From Raillietiella orientalis (Eukaryota): a stretch of 64,000 nucleotides of DNA. The notes under the pieces were generated by a model. It was not told where the DNA came from, made no database searches, and saw only the letters and a program-made list of their open reading frames with translations. The stretch covers positions 1,612,001 through 1,676,000 of the forward strand of contig JAYWIR010000025.1 in assembly GCA_036172245.1 (NCBI GenBank), read 5' to 3'. Shown here in pieces: positions 27,251 to 40,700 of the stretch. The first letter of the stretch is position 1. Each line of letters opens with the position of its first letter. Both the position numbers and the translations under genes were made by a program.

Positions 27251-30200
27251 CTATTTCATTCTCATAATTTCTGCAGGTTCTCAGTAGTGAAACAAATCTC
27301 AATGTAATAGAATAAACCTGTGTCATTTTGATTTCTTCTCGCCTTCATCTTCCGCTCACAAAGACAGAAGTGACGTAGGTGAATTGATGGCAGTGCTTTC
27401 GTAATGAGATGATATATTATCGTGGCTGTTATTGGAAATAAAAATCATAACTGTGGATCGATGGTTCTTCCATGATTTGGATTCCTGGCTCAATATTCTC
27501 AACAAATCACGTTTGCTGAAGTACCCGATATGATCTTTTTTGTTCACGTTGGTTCACAGTGTATGGGAAATTTTTTAAACGCGCAAATAGACTAATAGCC
27601 AATAGGAATTAATAAGGCACGATAGTAGGGCAGGTAGTTGGATAATATTTGGAACTCGAGTCGCTCCCGGAACACCCTTTGGATAGCAAAAAGTTCAAGC
27701 TATGGTGAATGATGTGCCATAAAGAAAGGGCAACCGTGTCCTCTAAGAAAATGCTCGGCGATGATTCGAGGCTGTAATAAGAAGCAAACCAAAGCAGCAA
27801 ACAGCAGACAGTGAATTTAATCGAATTCGGACAGGGAAGAATTCTGATCAGGAACAACGTAGAAACTACAGCAGTCTCTCAAATATCAAGATGCGCAGCC
27901 TTGAACATTGGACCGAAATTATTTATAAGGGATCATACGAATAAGAAACGAGTGTTAGCAAAATATCTGAATGATTTGATCTTCATCAGTAGAGCTGAAA
28001 GGAGTCTGGAGATGAAACAGTATGCCAGCGTGAACAGAATGCATGCTGCTACTGTTTGGTTCTACCGTTTCGAGAAGTACTCAGAAAGATGCAGTCCTAG
28101 GTGGTTCTAGAGGAAACGAACAAAATCTCTATCTCGGTGATAATTAGCAGTTGCACTTATCTTGTTGCGAAAGTGACCAAAAGGGACTTCTAGCACGAAA
28201 AGACGCAAAACGTAGGGGAAAAAGGGGGGAGGGGGGCAAGAGTTGCTAATGAAGTGTTGCTGTCGGTTTCACGAAGCAGATTCCTCCGCGAGCTTAAATA
28301 TCAAATGATAAATGACTGCACTGGTTTGCAAATAAGGAAGGCTTTCCTGCCCCGAAGATTCGCTCGAATTAATCCGGCAGCTGGAAACGGAGCTACCAAC
28401 GGTATTCTGGCACTTAGCGAGACGGAACCAGAGTTCGAAAATTTAGATTTGATTTCCGGCTGACTCCGTTAGCTCTTCCTCCACTATTCATGTGACCAGC
28501 GCGTAAACGGCGGAAGGGAAACTCCAGCAAACTTAACTGCCTCGGGGAGTAGCTCTTGCACTCTCTGGCAAACGATTCTGCTTTTGCTGTTCCGGAATCT
28601 TCTCCTTATTGGGGTCTTAGCGCACCACTCTAGTAAAACACATCTTTCGATCACGTGATCAGATCAGCTGAGCGAGACCAAGACGTCATGCTACATTAAG
28701 AGGCATCTTTCGCGAGCGATCGGAAAGAATTCCGCGGGCCATACTCCAGGATGCCCATTTCCGCATAACCTAACCAAAACCAATGAAGGATGAACCACTT
28801 TCGTGCTACATGGGTTGATGCACGGGCAAAAAATGCAGTTTTCTTTCTCCCTGAATTGAGGCAGATACGCGCAACTCGCCGCCGCCACGTTGCGTGTGCC
28901 ACCTGCGCCGTTTGCTACAGAAAAAGAGACCCTGAGAAAAATCTTCCATCGGTGATGCTTAATTTGGGAAATCTGCGGAGACCGAGCAAAGCGCTAGCCT
29001 CTGGCGCGATAGCAGCATCCTGTCTTCCGCTCAGTTTTTTTTTTTTTTGTTCCAACAGACACGCGGAAGCACAAAACGAAACGTTCGAATTCAGTGCAAG
29101 AGAGGCGACAACGAAAAAGAGCAGTGAGAACCTTGTGGAAGGGAGTTTCCGGAAAAGGCGGCTGATGAGCCTTCGGACGCGAGGTGGGTGTGCGGCTGCA
29201 GCCGCAGCGTAACCGGATCTGATGACGAGCAGTTCGTCCATCTCCTGAACGACTTTTCACTATCCGAAGTCTGGAGAGCCACTTTAGGAAGAATGTGCTC
29301 GAGGGAGAGCTGACTGCCAGACGGTCGCGTAGATAGAAAACACACTGAGACGTTTCGGCAGAAGCGGGGAGCACGGAGGAATCGAACTCTCAGCCTCCAA
29401 GCGTTTCTAAAAGATGGAAGCAGCCAGTTACGGCACTTCCCCAGCCCACCCCCGAAAGCCGCGCGGTTTGTCGTCCCCGTGCAGTGCTCGCCTCGAGCCA
29501 CTTCTCTGGCAAAGCCGGACGTAGCGTCGCAGCGTTTGCACCCCCCTTCCTCCCCAACCCCCACCCCCCACCCCAATTTCCCTGGCCCTAAAAGAAGCTC
29601 GCAAGACACGCGGGACACCCCTGTTAGAAGCACGCGGATGCCTTGGAGATTTGAGGCTACCCAAACAAACAAAAAACGCTACCTGCCTTAGCGGGGTCGC
29701 AATCGAGAGGGAAACGGTCGGGTTTCGGAAGCCACAACAAGTCGGATGAGATTTACCTTTTTGCTTACGAACAGGGCGGTCACAATGGAGCGAGCGTCCA
29801 ATGTAGGTCATGAGCAGGATGCGAGGAGCCATCGATTCCAGGTTCGAATCTGGACAGGCCGTTCACGATGCCCGGTTGTGCAGAATAGCACTCGGGCTGC
29901 CTGGTTTTCGAAAACAGGTCCGGGTCTCGCCCGCACCGCAGCGAAAGACCTTCCTTTCGGCCAGGACAATTTCTTCCTCCTCTCCTCAGCCACCGCGCTG
30001 GCTGACAATCACCGAACCGCTGTGAATGAAATGAACCGCACAGGACCAACGAAAGACTCTCTCGCCTTTCGGTTAATCAAGATGAGCGCATGATGTCTTT
30101 CTTGGGATTCTGGCTTCACCTCCGGTATTCCGGGGGTCATCAGCACAACAGACAACTTTCACTTCTCGGTACATGTCCATAAGGCACGTACGGTTATACA

Positions 30201-31538
30201 AACTGTGGATAGGTTGGAATCCAAAGAGGAAGTCTCTGGAAGCCTTCGCTGGACCTCGGAATGGTTTTATTTCACTTTTCCTGTATTGTAGCTTACTTTA
30301 GCTATACACAGGAACGAATCTGGCGTCCGTTGCTAGGAACGCGTCGTTCCTCTCCCTAGAATCCAAAAAAAGAAAGAAAAAGGTCGAACATCGTTTTATC
30401 TTTTGATGATCACTCGAGAAAACTGCGAGGAGGAGTCGCGATGCTCTACGACGACGAAAGCACGAGTGGGTCAGCATCGCAAGGCTTTAGCTATTGCATT
30501 CACGCACGGGACATCCTGATACACCGGCCAAGGAGGGTTTCCTGGATGCATTCGCTTAGAAGAGGCGAAGAAGAAAGAAAAACTGTGTCGAAATGCCGGC
30601 AACAGTGGAAGTGGACCACTCTGTAGCTCTGAGGAAATCATGGCAAGGCATATTCCACGAGCATCAATTGGAGAAAACACGATGGGTAAATACGTGACAA
30701 ATGAGATGGCACAGATCAGACAAAGGAAAAACCTCGCGCTTCCATAGGAACACTATCGAGACAAAGTAAAAGTACAGACTTTGGAAATTTTCTCAGGAAA
30801 AGTGAAGACTTTACAAAAACTTTCATTTGTCCTGAGTTTTAGCCATCGACCTTGGACGAGCATAATAAGAGTTATAATGATGATGTAACGATAATGACCG
30901 TCTTTTGCTTCTTTGTTATAATATTGCTTTGTCAGTTCTTCACCTTGTAGTAGGTCACGACTATGCAGTGTCTAGATGTTCTTTATGCACGTCCCTCTTC
31001 AATTTGTCGATTTTATCATGGTGGCCTGAGACGCCGAGAGAGATTTTTGCCTCTCCCTTAGTGGACAAAATAACTCCGAGTTCGACGGGGTTTTTCTTTG
31101 CGGGCTAGAACCCGGCTGGTCACTTCCGAATGCCGACCTTCCTCAATAACTTGTATTTACTCTGCACGCAGCCAAGTGTTTGGCACCTTTGTGGGCTTAA
31201 CAGTTAACCGAAATGTTTAATGAGGTTTTGGTTCAAACAAGATGAGCGGCTGCAGCGAGCGAAATCTCCGCTCCCTTGAAATTTTCAAATCGTTGCCTCC
31301 ATCTCGGACACGTACATTATATCCACCCTGTGGTAAAAAGGGCTCATATTCCTCATAACCTTCACTCACTTCAAAAAAGATACCACCCAACAATCTATCA
31401 CCCCGTGGGCAACGCCATGCCAACGCGTCGCTTAGCGTCCAGCGCCATTTTTAGGCAGGATCGCCTAGGAGATCACAACAATGAGGCATGAGCGCCCTGC
31501 TTCCTGAGCCGCTCCCGAGAGCGGCGAACGGCGTGGGC

Positions 31539-31601
31539 CTCGCGCGTGCGAGTCTTCTGCAGCTCTCGCGCGTGCGAGTCTTCTGCAGCTCTCGCGCGTG
31601 C
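31539..31601. repeat. 26-bp tandem repeat x ~2.4
   Basis: ctcgcgcgtgcgagtcttctgcagct starts at 31539 and 31565, with a partial copy at 31591. Confidence 0.9.
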
Positions 31602-34600
31602 AAGCTGGTGTTTTTGATTGAATTTTTGGGATGACGATTCGGGTCCATTCTCTTTTCCCGTTTCCCTCCTCCCCTCCCTCCCCCGAAGCTATTGATTCGG
31701 AGAGTTTGATCCCTCGAAAACAACTGAAACACCTTCTTCTTCTTGTCGCCTCCTTTCGCCCATTCCAAGACCGGACGCCCAGGCCGCCCTTCAGGAAGGA
31801 GACGTGTTTTCGCGAAGTGCTTCACGTGCACGTTCGCGCTCGCGTGTTCGCGGAGCCATCAGGAGGAGTCGGGAGCTCGGAAACAAGGCAAACGGACCCA
31901 CGGTGCGTGCTCTGAGGCGGTGAGGGCAGCAGCCACTTACTCCAGGGAGGGCGTTCCGTTATTTGATTGCCAGGTGACTTGTGGAGGTTCATCGGCCAAT
32001 GCGTTCACTTGCTCGGTTCCGCCTAACGTTTTCTTGGAGCGAGAAGGGTAGATCAAGCGGTCTGGGTAAACAAAGCCCTCTTCCAGGTATTGTCCTTTGA
32101 AGACTTTTCCGTGATTCATCTTCTCCTCCCTGATAACACCCAGAGGGAACTTTCTATCCTTTTGTCTAATGACTACTTAGTAGGACCACTTGAGGGTCAT
32201 TTTTTTTTTTCCTTTGCCCCCCCCCCCCCGACTCCTTTCCAGACCGAGCAGTAGCCTCGCGAGAAACCCAGGGTCGTTTCGCGAAGCAAAAAAGGGAGGG
32301 CCTTCCAGGAAGAAAGGAGAGCACCGTTCTTGGGGCGTGGTCGCCGGTGCAGCTGCTTGCGCAACACGCCCTCCCGACCACAGGACTCACGAGTGTTCCT
32401 TGAGACCGCTGCGAGCCGGTGGTACCTGCTGACCATCCGTCAGCACGAACGTGTCCCGCGTGGCCTCGACTTCTCCCGCTGAGGGACATCCTCTGGCGCG
32501 CTCACAAGCTGCCTGACGTGGAAGTCTCGACGCAGGCAGCTGCGGGGAGACGGAGAGGAGCACCATCTTGATTTTCGCCACATGCAGTCGGCACAGCTCT
32601 CGCAGAGACAGTGCTGGTCGTCAGGGGGACGCGTCCCATCCGCCGCGGAGCGCCTTCTCTCTGCCGAGGAGTCAGGGGTGCTGGGTTCCCCCCCTCCCTT
32701 CCTCAATTGGCGAGAGGGGGAGGAGACGCCGGGAAGGACGCCGTCAATCGGCGCAGAGCTGCCGTCGACGGGGAAGCGTCCTCGCCCGCTGGAAAGGGAA
32801 GCCGTGTCGCTTCCGGAAGCGACGAGCTCACGGACCACCGGGCAGCGAGACCATTCCCGGTCTATGATCACCCAAGATTCCATTCCCTCCCCGAGAATGA
32901 CGTCCTCTTCCCGCCTCCAGCTACCTATTCTGGCTCGCGTCTCGGTGGGTGGAGCCGGGAGACCGCGAGCGACGCGACGGCTCAGCTGCCGCCCTCCCTT
33001 TTCCCTCCTCCAGCCCGCGCGGGGGCGAAGGAGACTCCAAGGAAGGAACGGGGAGGCGCGCCCCTTGCTCCGGACTGTTTCCGCAGTTCCTCCGCTCCCT
33101 CTCCCTCCTCGGCAGTAGCCGCGGCCGCTCGCGGACTCCGCCTCCGGCCGCGCTCTGCCTCCGTTCGCCCGGGAAACACCACCTCCTCCTCCGGAGAAAC
33201 TCCCGGGAGAGCAACGGAGGGGCCCGCAAGCCTCGGAGAAGGCGGCAGGCAGAACTTAACGGGCGCGCGCGAGAGAGAGCTTTCTCCGGAGACGGACGGT
33301 GCCTGCGCGCGCACAGTGCCGCTCTTGCTCTGTGCTGGGGAAGACACGCGCGCGCGTCTGGCCGCCGCGTTGCGTGAGAAGGCAGCAGTGCGCTGCCCCC
33401 TTCTTCCCCTCGCGGCCCGCCTGCCGTCCCGCTTTCAGGAACGGAGGTGAGGGAAGGGGCTCGCGCACGCCTCGATGACCCCCTTTCACCCTACGCCTCC
33501 TCCCTCCGATCTCACCCGTCCCCTTCCCCGCGCTCCGCGACCCCCTTTTTTTTTTTTTTTTTTTTTCTTCCCATCTCCGGAGTCGCCGCTCTCCTCCTTC
33601 ACCCCTCTCCAGAGGGATTGACCTGTTTCTCCCACCCCTACCCTACCCCCATCCACAATCCCGGTCCACCGGTGATCTCATTCCTTGAAGCCATGAAAAC
33701 TTCCCCTCCAGTGACCCCATTCGCTCAAGCTTGCCGCACCTCCTTTTCACTCTTGACCCTCTTTTGTTTTTTTTTCCAGGTTCGTCCCGCGACCCCTGTC
33801 CACTTGTGACCTCATTTCCCCCCCCCCTTCTCTTCAGTTCCTCTCCGTGACTTCCCTTCTGTTCCCAAGAAGTCCCCCGTCGAAGACCGTCACGCCGCCC
33901 CCTCCCCTTTCTCTCGATCCTCGTCTCCCGTCACTGCCTGCTCCGGAATCTTCAGAGGCGATGGGAAGGGAGAGCTCCCTCCCGGTGGTGGTGACGGCGG
34001 TGGCGGCGGCGGCAGGCTCGCGCGGCGCGCAGGTGACCTCGGCCGGTGACGAGGCGCGCCCACGTCGCTCTCTCAAGGACGCCGACGCTCCGACCAGGCG
34101 CGCACAGGCCCCGCCTGTTTTCCTCCCCCGTTCGGATCCGTCGCCCCGGGAGACGGCCGACGTGCTGCTCTCACCCGCCCCGCGGTTCACCGGCGACCTC
34201 GCGGTTAGTCCGACGACGGCGGAGCATCCGTGCGCGGGACGGAAGCTTCACGCGAGTGTGCGCAGAGCCGCCGCCGCGCAATGGTGAGGTCCTTCGCCAT
34301 CCCCAGGTGCTGCTGGCAGTGGGGTGGAAAATCCGGAGCGACGGCGAATTAGTAGTGCTTCCCCTCTCCCCCCTACCCACCCCCACCCCTCCCTCCCTCT
34401 CTTGTGTCCCCGTGGAGCTGGAAGCTGCCGGGGAGCCGGCCGCTGCTCGGCGGACGGCTCCGCGCGCAGCATCCCCTTCGCATCCCCAGCGAGCGTGTCG
34501 TCGGAGAAACCCGCCGCATCGGGAGCGCGCGCGCCAGCGCCGCCGCCGCCGCTTCGCGTGGCGACGGCGGCGGCGCGAGCCAACAATGGCCGGGTCCTCT

Positions 34601-34878
34601 CCCGCTCGCTCGCCCCCCCTCCCCCCGGCGAGCGAGCGCGCTCGTTAGCAGATCCGCCGCACCGGGTCAGCAGCGCCAGACGGAAGCGATGCGGCGCGTG
34701 CCAACAATGCGACGCGCTCACGTGACTCGCCGAGCGGCTGCGTGAACGCGTGTGTGCTTTCGCAGGCCGACGCTCCGGGCTGACCAAGTTCCTCCTTCCT
34801 CTTTTGGTCCTGTGCAGAGAGGGAAAGAAAACAGACAGGCAGACTCTGCCCCCCGCCCAGAAAAGAAGGAAAAGACAA

Positions 34879-34905
34879 ACACACACACACACACACACAC
34901 ACACA
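34879..34905. repeat. (AC)n microsatellite
   Basis: Visible dinucleotide run. Similar simple repeats occur at ~13716 (CT), ~24280 (TA), ~36596 (TG) and ~56868 (CTT). Confidence 0.9.
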
Positions 34906-37589
34906 GAGATCCGCTTCTCCCGAGGGTAAGACCTCCTTGTTCCTCTCTCTCTTTTTTTGGTTTTTGCATCCAGCTTCCAAGTGTCTTTTCCCGAAAGGCT
35001 GCTCCGGCAGGACGAAAAGGCGATTTCTCGCGTCGCATCGGGACCGTCTGCCGCCGGGTTGTGCGCGCGCGCTCCTTGCCAAGGAATCGGAAAAGCCGCT
35101 GATCCGGGATGCGCGTCCACCCGGGACGAAAAGAGAAAATCTCTTGAGGGTAAGACCACTCAGACCTCCTTCCCCCCTCCTCCTCTTGTGAGCTCCTGAC
35201 TGTGTGCCAAAGGAAGCGGGTTCTCCTCCTCCCAAAGTTCCACGCCCGCGTTGCTGCTGCGGGATGTGCTGATTCGGGATGCGGATCCTCTTGGAAGTTA
35301 TGGGGGGGCTCGCCAAATCAAAAACAAAGCAAAGCGAAAACAAAAAAGGCAAAGATGAATTGGATGGGGCGAAAGTTTTGTTCCTCCCATTTGCCAATGG
35401 GCTGAGCGGGTTCCCATGGTTACATTGCTTGCCCGTTGTCGAGTACTGTTTTGTCTATGAAGAAACTGATTGGAAATTCTGCAAGGTGGAAAGAGCTGCG
35501 TCGCGTCGCCTCAGAAGGCTCTCTTTAATTCAGTTTGTTTGTTTGTTTTTGTTGTTGTCGTTGTTGTTTTTAATTTTTTTTTTTTTTTTTCCATCCGCAG
35601 TGCATAGGTTTTTTTCGCACCAGTCCGCGGTGCCCATTGCCTCGGCGCGCAGAGTACCGGTGTCCCGCGTGCAGTTTTCCAAGGCACGCGCATGCGCAGC
35701 TCGGTGCCCAATAATAGCTTTCGCAACTCGGAAAAACAAAAAGCTTTCGCTCTTTTCTGGATGATCCGTGAGAGATTCTCGCCAAAAAATTTTTCCGAAG
35801 CATAAAGGGAGATCTCAGACCGGTTTTTGTCTCGAGATTTCTTATACCTCCCCCCCCCTCCGCTCCTCCCTCCTCTTTCCTCTGCTTTCCGTTCCCTCCT
35901 CCCCGTTCTTTTCCCTCATTTTTTTTTTTTTTTTTCGCTCTTTCTCTTCTTTTTTTTTTTTTTTCCTGGGAAAAGCTCGTGACGCCGTAATCGGAGGCCA
36001 ATCCAATGGCACACCTGTAGGGAAAAAGAAAGAAAGAAAAAGGCGCTGACACCTTTTCGCCGGAAAAGCCGAAGCAGCTCGCCGAGAAGATTTCGGAAGG
36101 GAAAACGCGGCTGCAGAGCGGTTTCCTCCAGAAGTCGCATCCGCACGTGAGCGAATCGCGTGGAGCCTCTCTCGGCGCCCCTGCGCGCGCAGCAGCTCTC
36201 TGCGCAGGAGCGCTCTTCCTTCGACTGGCGGCGACCGACCCGAGACGTTCGCGGGGGACGGACTTTAAGGGTTTCCCGGAAAGGCCAGGAGGGAGGGGGG
36301 GGGGGAGAGAGAGACAGAGACAGGGAGGAAAAACCGGAAAAAGGAAAGGAAGAGTGGGAGCAAAAAAAGGAAGGAACGCAAGAAAGGCAAACGAGAAGGA
36401 AAGTGAGGGGCTTCTCCGGGCCCGGGATGGAGGAGCCGTACATCTGCCCGCTAGAAACCGAATCTTCCGGCATCCGCGGACGACAAAGAGTGCTCCGGCA
36501 CGTAGGCTTTCACCTTAACAGATTCGTGACCATTTCAAGGATACAACCCTGACGCGATCGACCGGCACCGGGGAAGGGTCAGTAGTGTAATTTTTTGTGT
36601 GTGTGTTTCTATGTGTGTGTGTGTGTGTGTGCCGTGTTTGTGTACGTGTGCGTGCGTGCCATGTGCTTTGTTTGTTTGTTTGTTTGTTTTTTCCTGTCTT
36701 GCGACTCGCGCGCCGAAAGGGGAAGGACAGAAAGGCTTGCAGCCCAGAAGTCTCTCTGTCGGGATGGCTGCGGCGGCTGATTTTCTGCTCGAGTCTTTCT
36801 CTTTCCTACTTTTTTTTTTTTTTTTTCTTTGCTCCTTTCGATGAACTCTGGAGATCAATTAGCTCTCAGGAATGGCGGGGGCGGTTTGCGGAAACATCTC
36901 GGTCATCGAGGAACCCTTTCTTTGTGCGCCCCCGTGAAAACACTCCGGCTGCACGGCGAAAGAGACATCGCGGAAACTCGAAAATGGACCCGCGCGCAGT
37001 CGTTATCGTGATGATCTGCACCAGACTGCCTTTCCCGAGAGGCTGGTCGCCCGAGCAACAGCGGCAGCGGCGGCTCGTCCCCGGCTTCGCGAGGCGCGCG
37101 CGACCCTCCGCTCAGAGGGAAACGCGGGTGCCGTTGGTTGCAGCCGACCCTTTCGCTTCCTCTTCTTTCACTTCTCCTTTTCCTCCTTCTCCTCCTCCTC
37201 TTCTGGTGCCCACTCCTTCGGTGGGGGGGGGGAGCTCTGGCTCCCTGGTGGAACCGAGCTGTGTTCAAGGGGAGGGAGGCCACCGCCCCTTCAGGGAGGC
37301 CACGAGTGTTGGCGGCCGTTCTTCCGCGTGTCTGCCAAGCAAACCCTCCGTCGCCGTCGTCTTTGCCGCTTCTGCTGCTGCTGCTGCCGCCGTCGGCGTC
37401 GTTTCGTACGCGCTCGCCTTTCGGAGGTGGCGGCGGCGGCTCCGCGAGCCGGCCGTGCAGCAGCAGCCTCTCCCGAGCTCGGCGCGCTCTTCCCGAACGC
37501 TGGGCACCTGGGCACGCCGCGGCTGTCCCGAGTCCGACCCCGGGAACCACTCTGTTACCGGCTCCTTCGTTGCAGATACGTGACCAGAG

Positions 37590-37754
37590 ATGAAAGGATG
37601 GTTCGATGCTTTCCGTGAGTCTGGAGGACCCACCTTCTACAGCGCCTACAACCGCACCGCGGCCACGGTCGATGTGCGCATCATTGTCATCGTCGTCGTT
37701 TTCATCACGCTGTACGCCGCCTTCCTCATCATCTTCCCAGGCGTCAGGAAAGAG
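37590..37754 (+). CDS. DUOXA1: DUOXA coding exon 1
   Basis: MKGWFDAFRESGG...IIFPGVRKE with donor GAG|gtactg. An acceptor-like ccttcgttgcag ends at 37575, implying an upstream 5'UTR exon. Confidence 0.95.
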
Positions 37755-40700
37755 GTACTGTGCTCCCTCTCCTCCTTTCCCTGTTCTTCGGCGCTTCCTC
37801 CCCCCCCCCCCCTACCTCTCTCCCCTGCCTTACTCCCTCCGACCGTCGATTGTGTCGCGTCCCCCTCTCTCCTCCTGGTCCGGGAGGTGGCGTCCGCCTG
37901 CCTGGACCATGACGACGACGACGTTCCAGGAGATCATAAACTGCTCGCGCGAGCTCCGTTACGAGCGCAGCAGCCTCCGCTTCCTTTCAGGGCGCAACCT
38001 TGAAATCTTTTCTCCGGTGACCTTCGCTAATGCAACGATTCTGTTCCACATTTTTCTTTTTTTCCTTTTTCCTTTCCGCGGGAGGTTAACATGGAAACCC
38101 CGAGAGAGAGATCCCAGCCGGAAACGAGGAAGTAGGAGCGCTGATACCGTCGGAAGGATCTGTTCGTTTCAAGGCCACTGCCTCCAGGTTATCTCTCGGA
38201 TGGCCCCATCAGATTCGTGCCTTCCTTCTTCCCCCTTCTCCTTCCTTCCCCTTTGTTCTCCCCTTCGGCCATCTCTGGCGGCGTCCAGGGGCAGCGGCTA
38301 CAGGCGGACGTCTTACCGGCCCGCGGACGTCTTACCGGCCCGCCGACGTCTACGCTTTCGCTTCCGTGGGCAGAAGCGCTCCTGCCCCGACCCCTGCCCC
38401 CTCTTCCCTTCCCGTGCGCGCGCCCGCGCCTCACGGGCCAGTCTCACTTTCGTTTCTGGGCGGACTAGGCGCGCGTGCGCACGCGCTCCTCGAGTCATTT
38501 CCGGGTTGCCCTGCCGATGTCGGCGCCGCGCTCCTTCCTCTCTGAAACGGACGGGTCCAGAGCCTCCTACCCCTCCCCTCCTCTGAAGATGCTTCATTCC
38601 ATCGCCGAGAAAGGAGGAAAACGAGGAAAGCACGAGGGAAGGGGAGGAGGAGGAACTTGGCCAGCGGGCTTACGAGCAGCTGCGTCCCTCGGAAAGGAAG
38701 AAACGCAGCTCTCTCGCGCACGCACTTCCGGTTCCTTTTCACCTTCAGGCTCGCGTGGCCTGCGGGCAAAATGCACCTCTTGAGGTGAGCCTGAATGAGG
38801 TGATCGGTGCAGCGCGCTGGGGACCACGCGACAGTCATGCGTCGGGACTCGGACCCACTTCGATCTGGATGACCGAGAAGCCTATAGGGTCTCTGCCGAG
38901 GAGCATGGGGGGGGGGGGGATAGGATACAGTCGACTCCTTTGGCGCGGACGCGTCTCCGGAACCTCGGGAGAGGTCTGCGGGGTGGAAGAAGGGCCTGAA
39001 GGGGCTTCCCGAAATCCATTGCGTCTTCCCTCGTGCTGCTGCTCGCGGCGCAGCTCATCTTTCCCCTCCCACCCTCTCCTGGACAACGAAGGCAATCCTC
39101 CGCGTACGGGAGGGATGGCCATCGCTCCTTCTCACCCCCACCTCCACCCACCCCTCACCCATCCTCCTTTCGCCCGCTGCTTGTCCGATGAGAAACGTAC
39201 GCTGTCGTCCTGGAAACTCAGGTCGCTCCGCCGAGCGCCTCGCTACCTCCTCGGCGCACCCACGCGTTCCGTGTCGGCAGGAGGACCACCACCACAGGAC
39301 ACGAAGCTCCGGCCCCCCTCTTCCATCTCTGCGCTCTGAGTGCCCTGAAGAAGCCGGAGAGCTGTGCTTTGCGGAGGACAGCAAGCGCCGGTCGAGCAGC
39401 AGCAGCAAGGGCGATCCCTCCCTGCTCTGCCACCCGCCGGATGTACCTTTCGCCTGAATCAGAAATGCCCACGGTCCTCCCCAATATTTCCGCCTCATAG
39501 GGAGGAAAGGGGTGCTCTTTTCTCTCGGGGAGGACCAGAAGGGGGCGGGCCCGCCAGCAACCAGCCTAGACTGCAGATCCTCCTTTGGCTTGGAAGCTGC
39601 ACGCACCTTCCAGGCAGGCGAGAAGAGGCCGAGGACTTTTCGATCCTTTCCCCTTCCTCCTCCTCCTCCCTTGTTCTTTCCCTTGTCCCTCTCCTCCTCC
39701 CTCTTCCCTTCCTCCTCTCCCTTTCTCTCGTTACTCCTCCAGAGGAGACCTCGCTCCCGCACAGCGGTGGACTTTTCGTGGCACGCAGAGGCGTCTTTGC
39801 CAGACCTGCAGGTCACGTGATGCGCGCGAGTTCGGGAAAGGCTTCGTCGGATCGGTCGCATCCCCCCCGCTGGGCTTCGTGCACGCGCGTGGGTCTTAGA
39901 AGTGCTGCGGCCGCATTTCAGCGGAGGCAACTCGGGGGAAGAATGTTATTGTTGCTCAAGGAGGTGGAGGGGAAGAGGGGAGGGAGGGTCTCCTTCAGCG
40001 TCTCACCGCGGATGCAGAGTCCGCTGCTCCCCCCCCCCCGTCTGAAACGGAGACCCAGGCCCCGTGTCGGCGTGTGGAAGAGGGAAGGGGGGGAGGAGGG
40101 ATGTGAGTGTTCAGAGAGGCTCGGACTTCGCTCTCACTCTCCCCCGCGCCTCCGATCCTTCCTTCCCTTCTCACGCGGAGCGTGCTACTGCCTCCTCCGG
40201 CGGGGATGGGGATAGGTGAAGGGCAAGGAAAGGGAGGAGAGGGGAGAGGAGGGGAGGCACGCGTGGCTCGCGCAGCGACGAAAGCCGTCGCGGCGCGCTC
40301 TCGAGAAAGCGAAGAGAAAGGTGCGGGAAGGGCAGAGCGGGGGAGGGGGAGGGGGGAAGCAGCGGTGGTGAGTTAGGTGGTTCCCTTGCGCGCCCGTCTT
40401 CGTCAGCACCGCAAATGTAGGTCCCCTCCGGCGTGCGTCCGAAAGAAGGGCAGCCGCTCTGGTCCATTGGCGGCAGCGGGTCACTGCATGTGGGTCCAGT
40501 GAGAACCAGGTAGCACCTCTTTGCCCCCCGGACCTGGCAGTTCTCAGGCCTAGGGCCGCACTGCGGCTCTTCTTTCCTTCCCCTTGGGATTCCTCCAGCT
40601 CCGGAAGTGAAACGTGGGGGCGCGCACGCGTCGCTTCCGAGAGAGAGGGAGTGCCTGGGGGGTTGAAAGATCTGCGCATCCACACGGAAGCTGCGATGGC

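Noticed and set aside
28649..28660. Palindrome gatcacgtgatc and scattered TCACGTGA E-boxes
   Set aside because: These are short motifs expected by chance, with no positional evidence.
28000..37500. Head-to-head DUOX partner gene as in vertebrates
   Set aside because: No peroxidase, EF-hand or NADPH-oxidase exons were recognisable on either strand.
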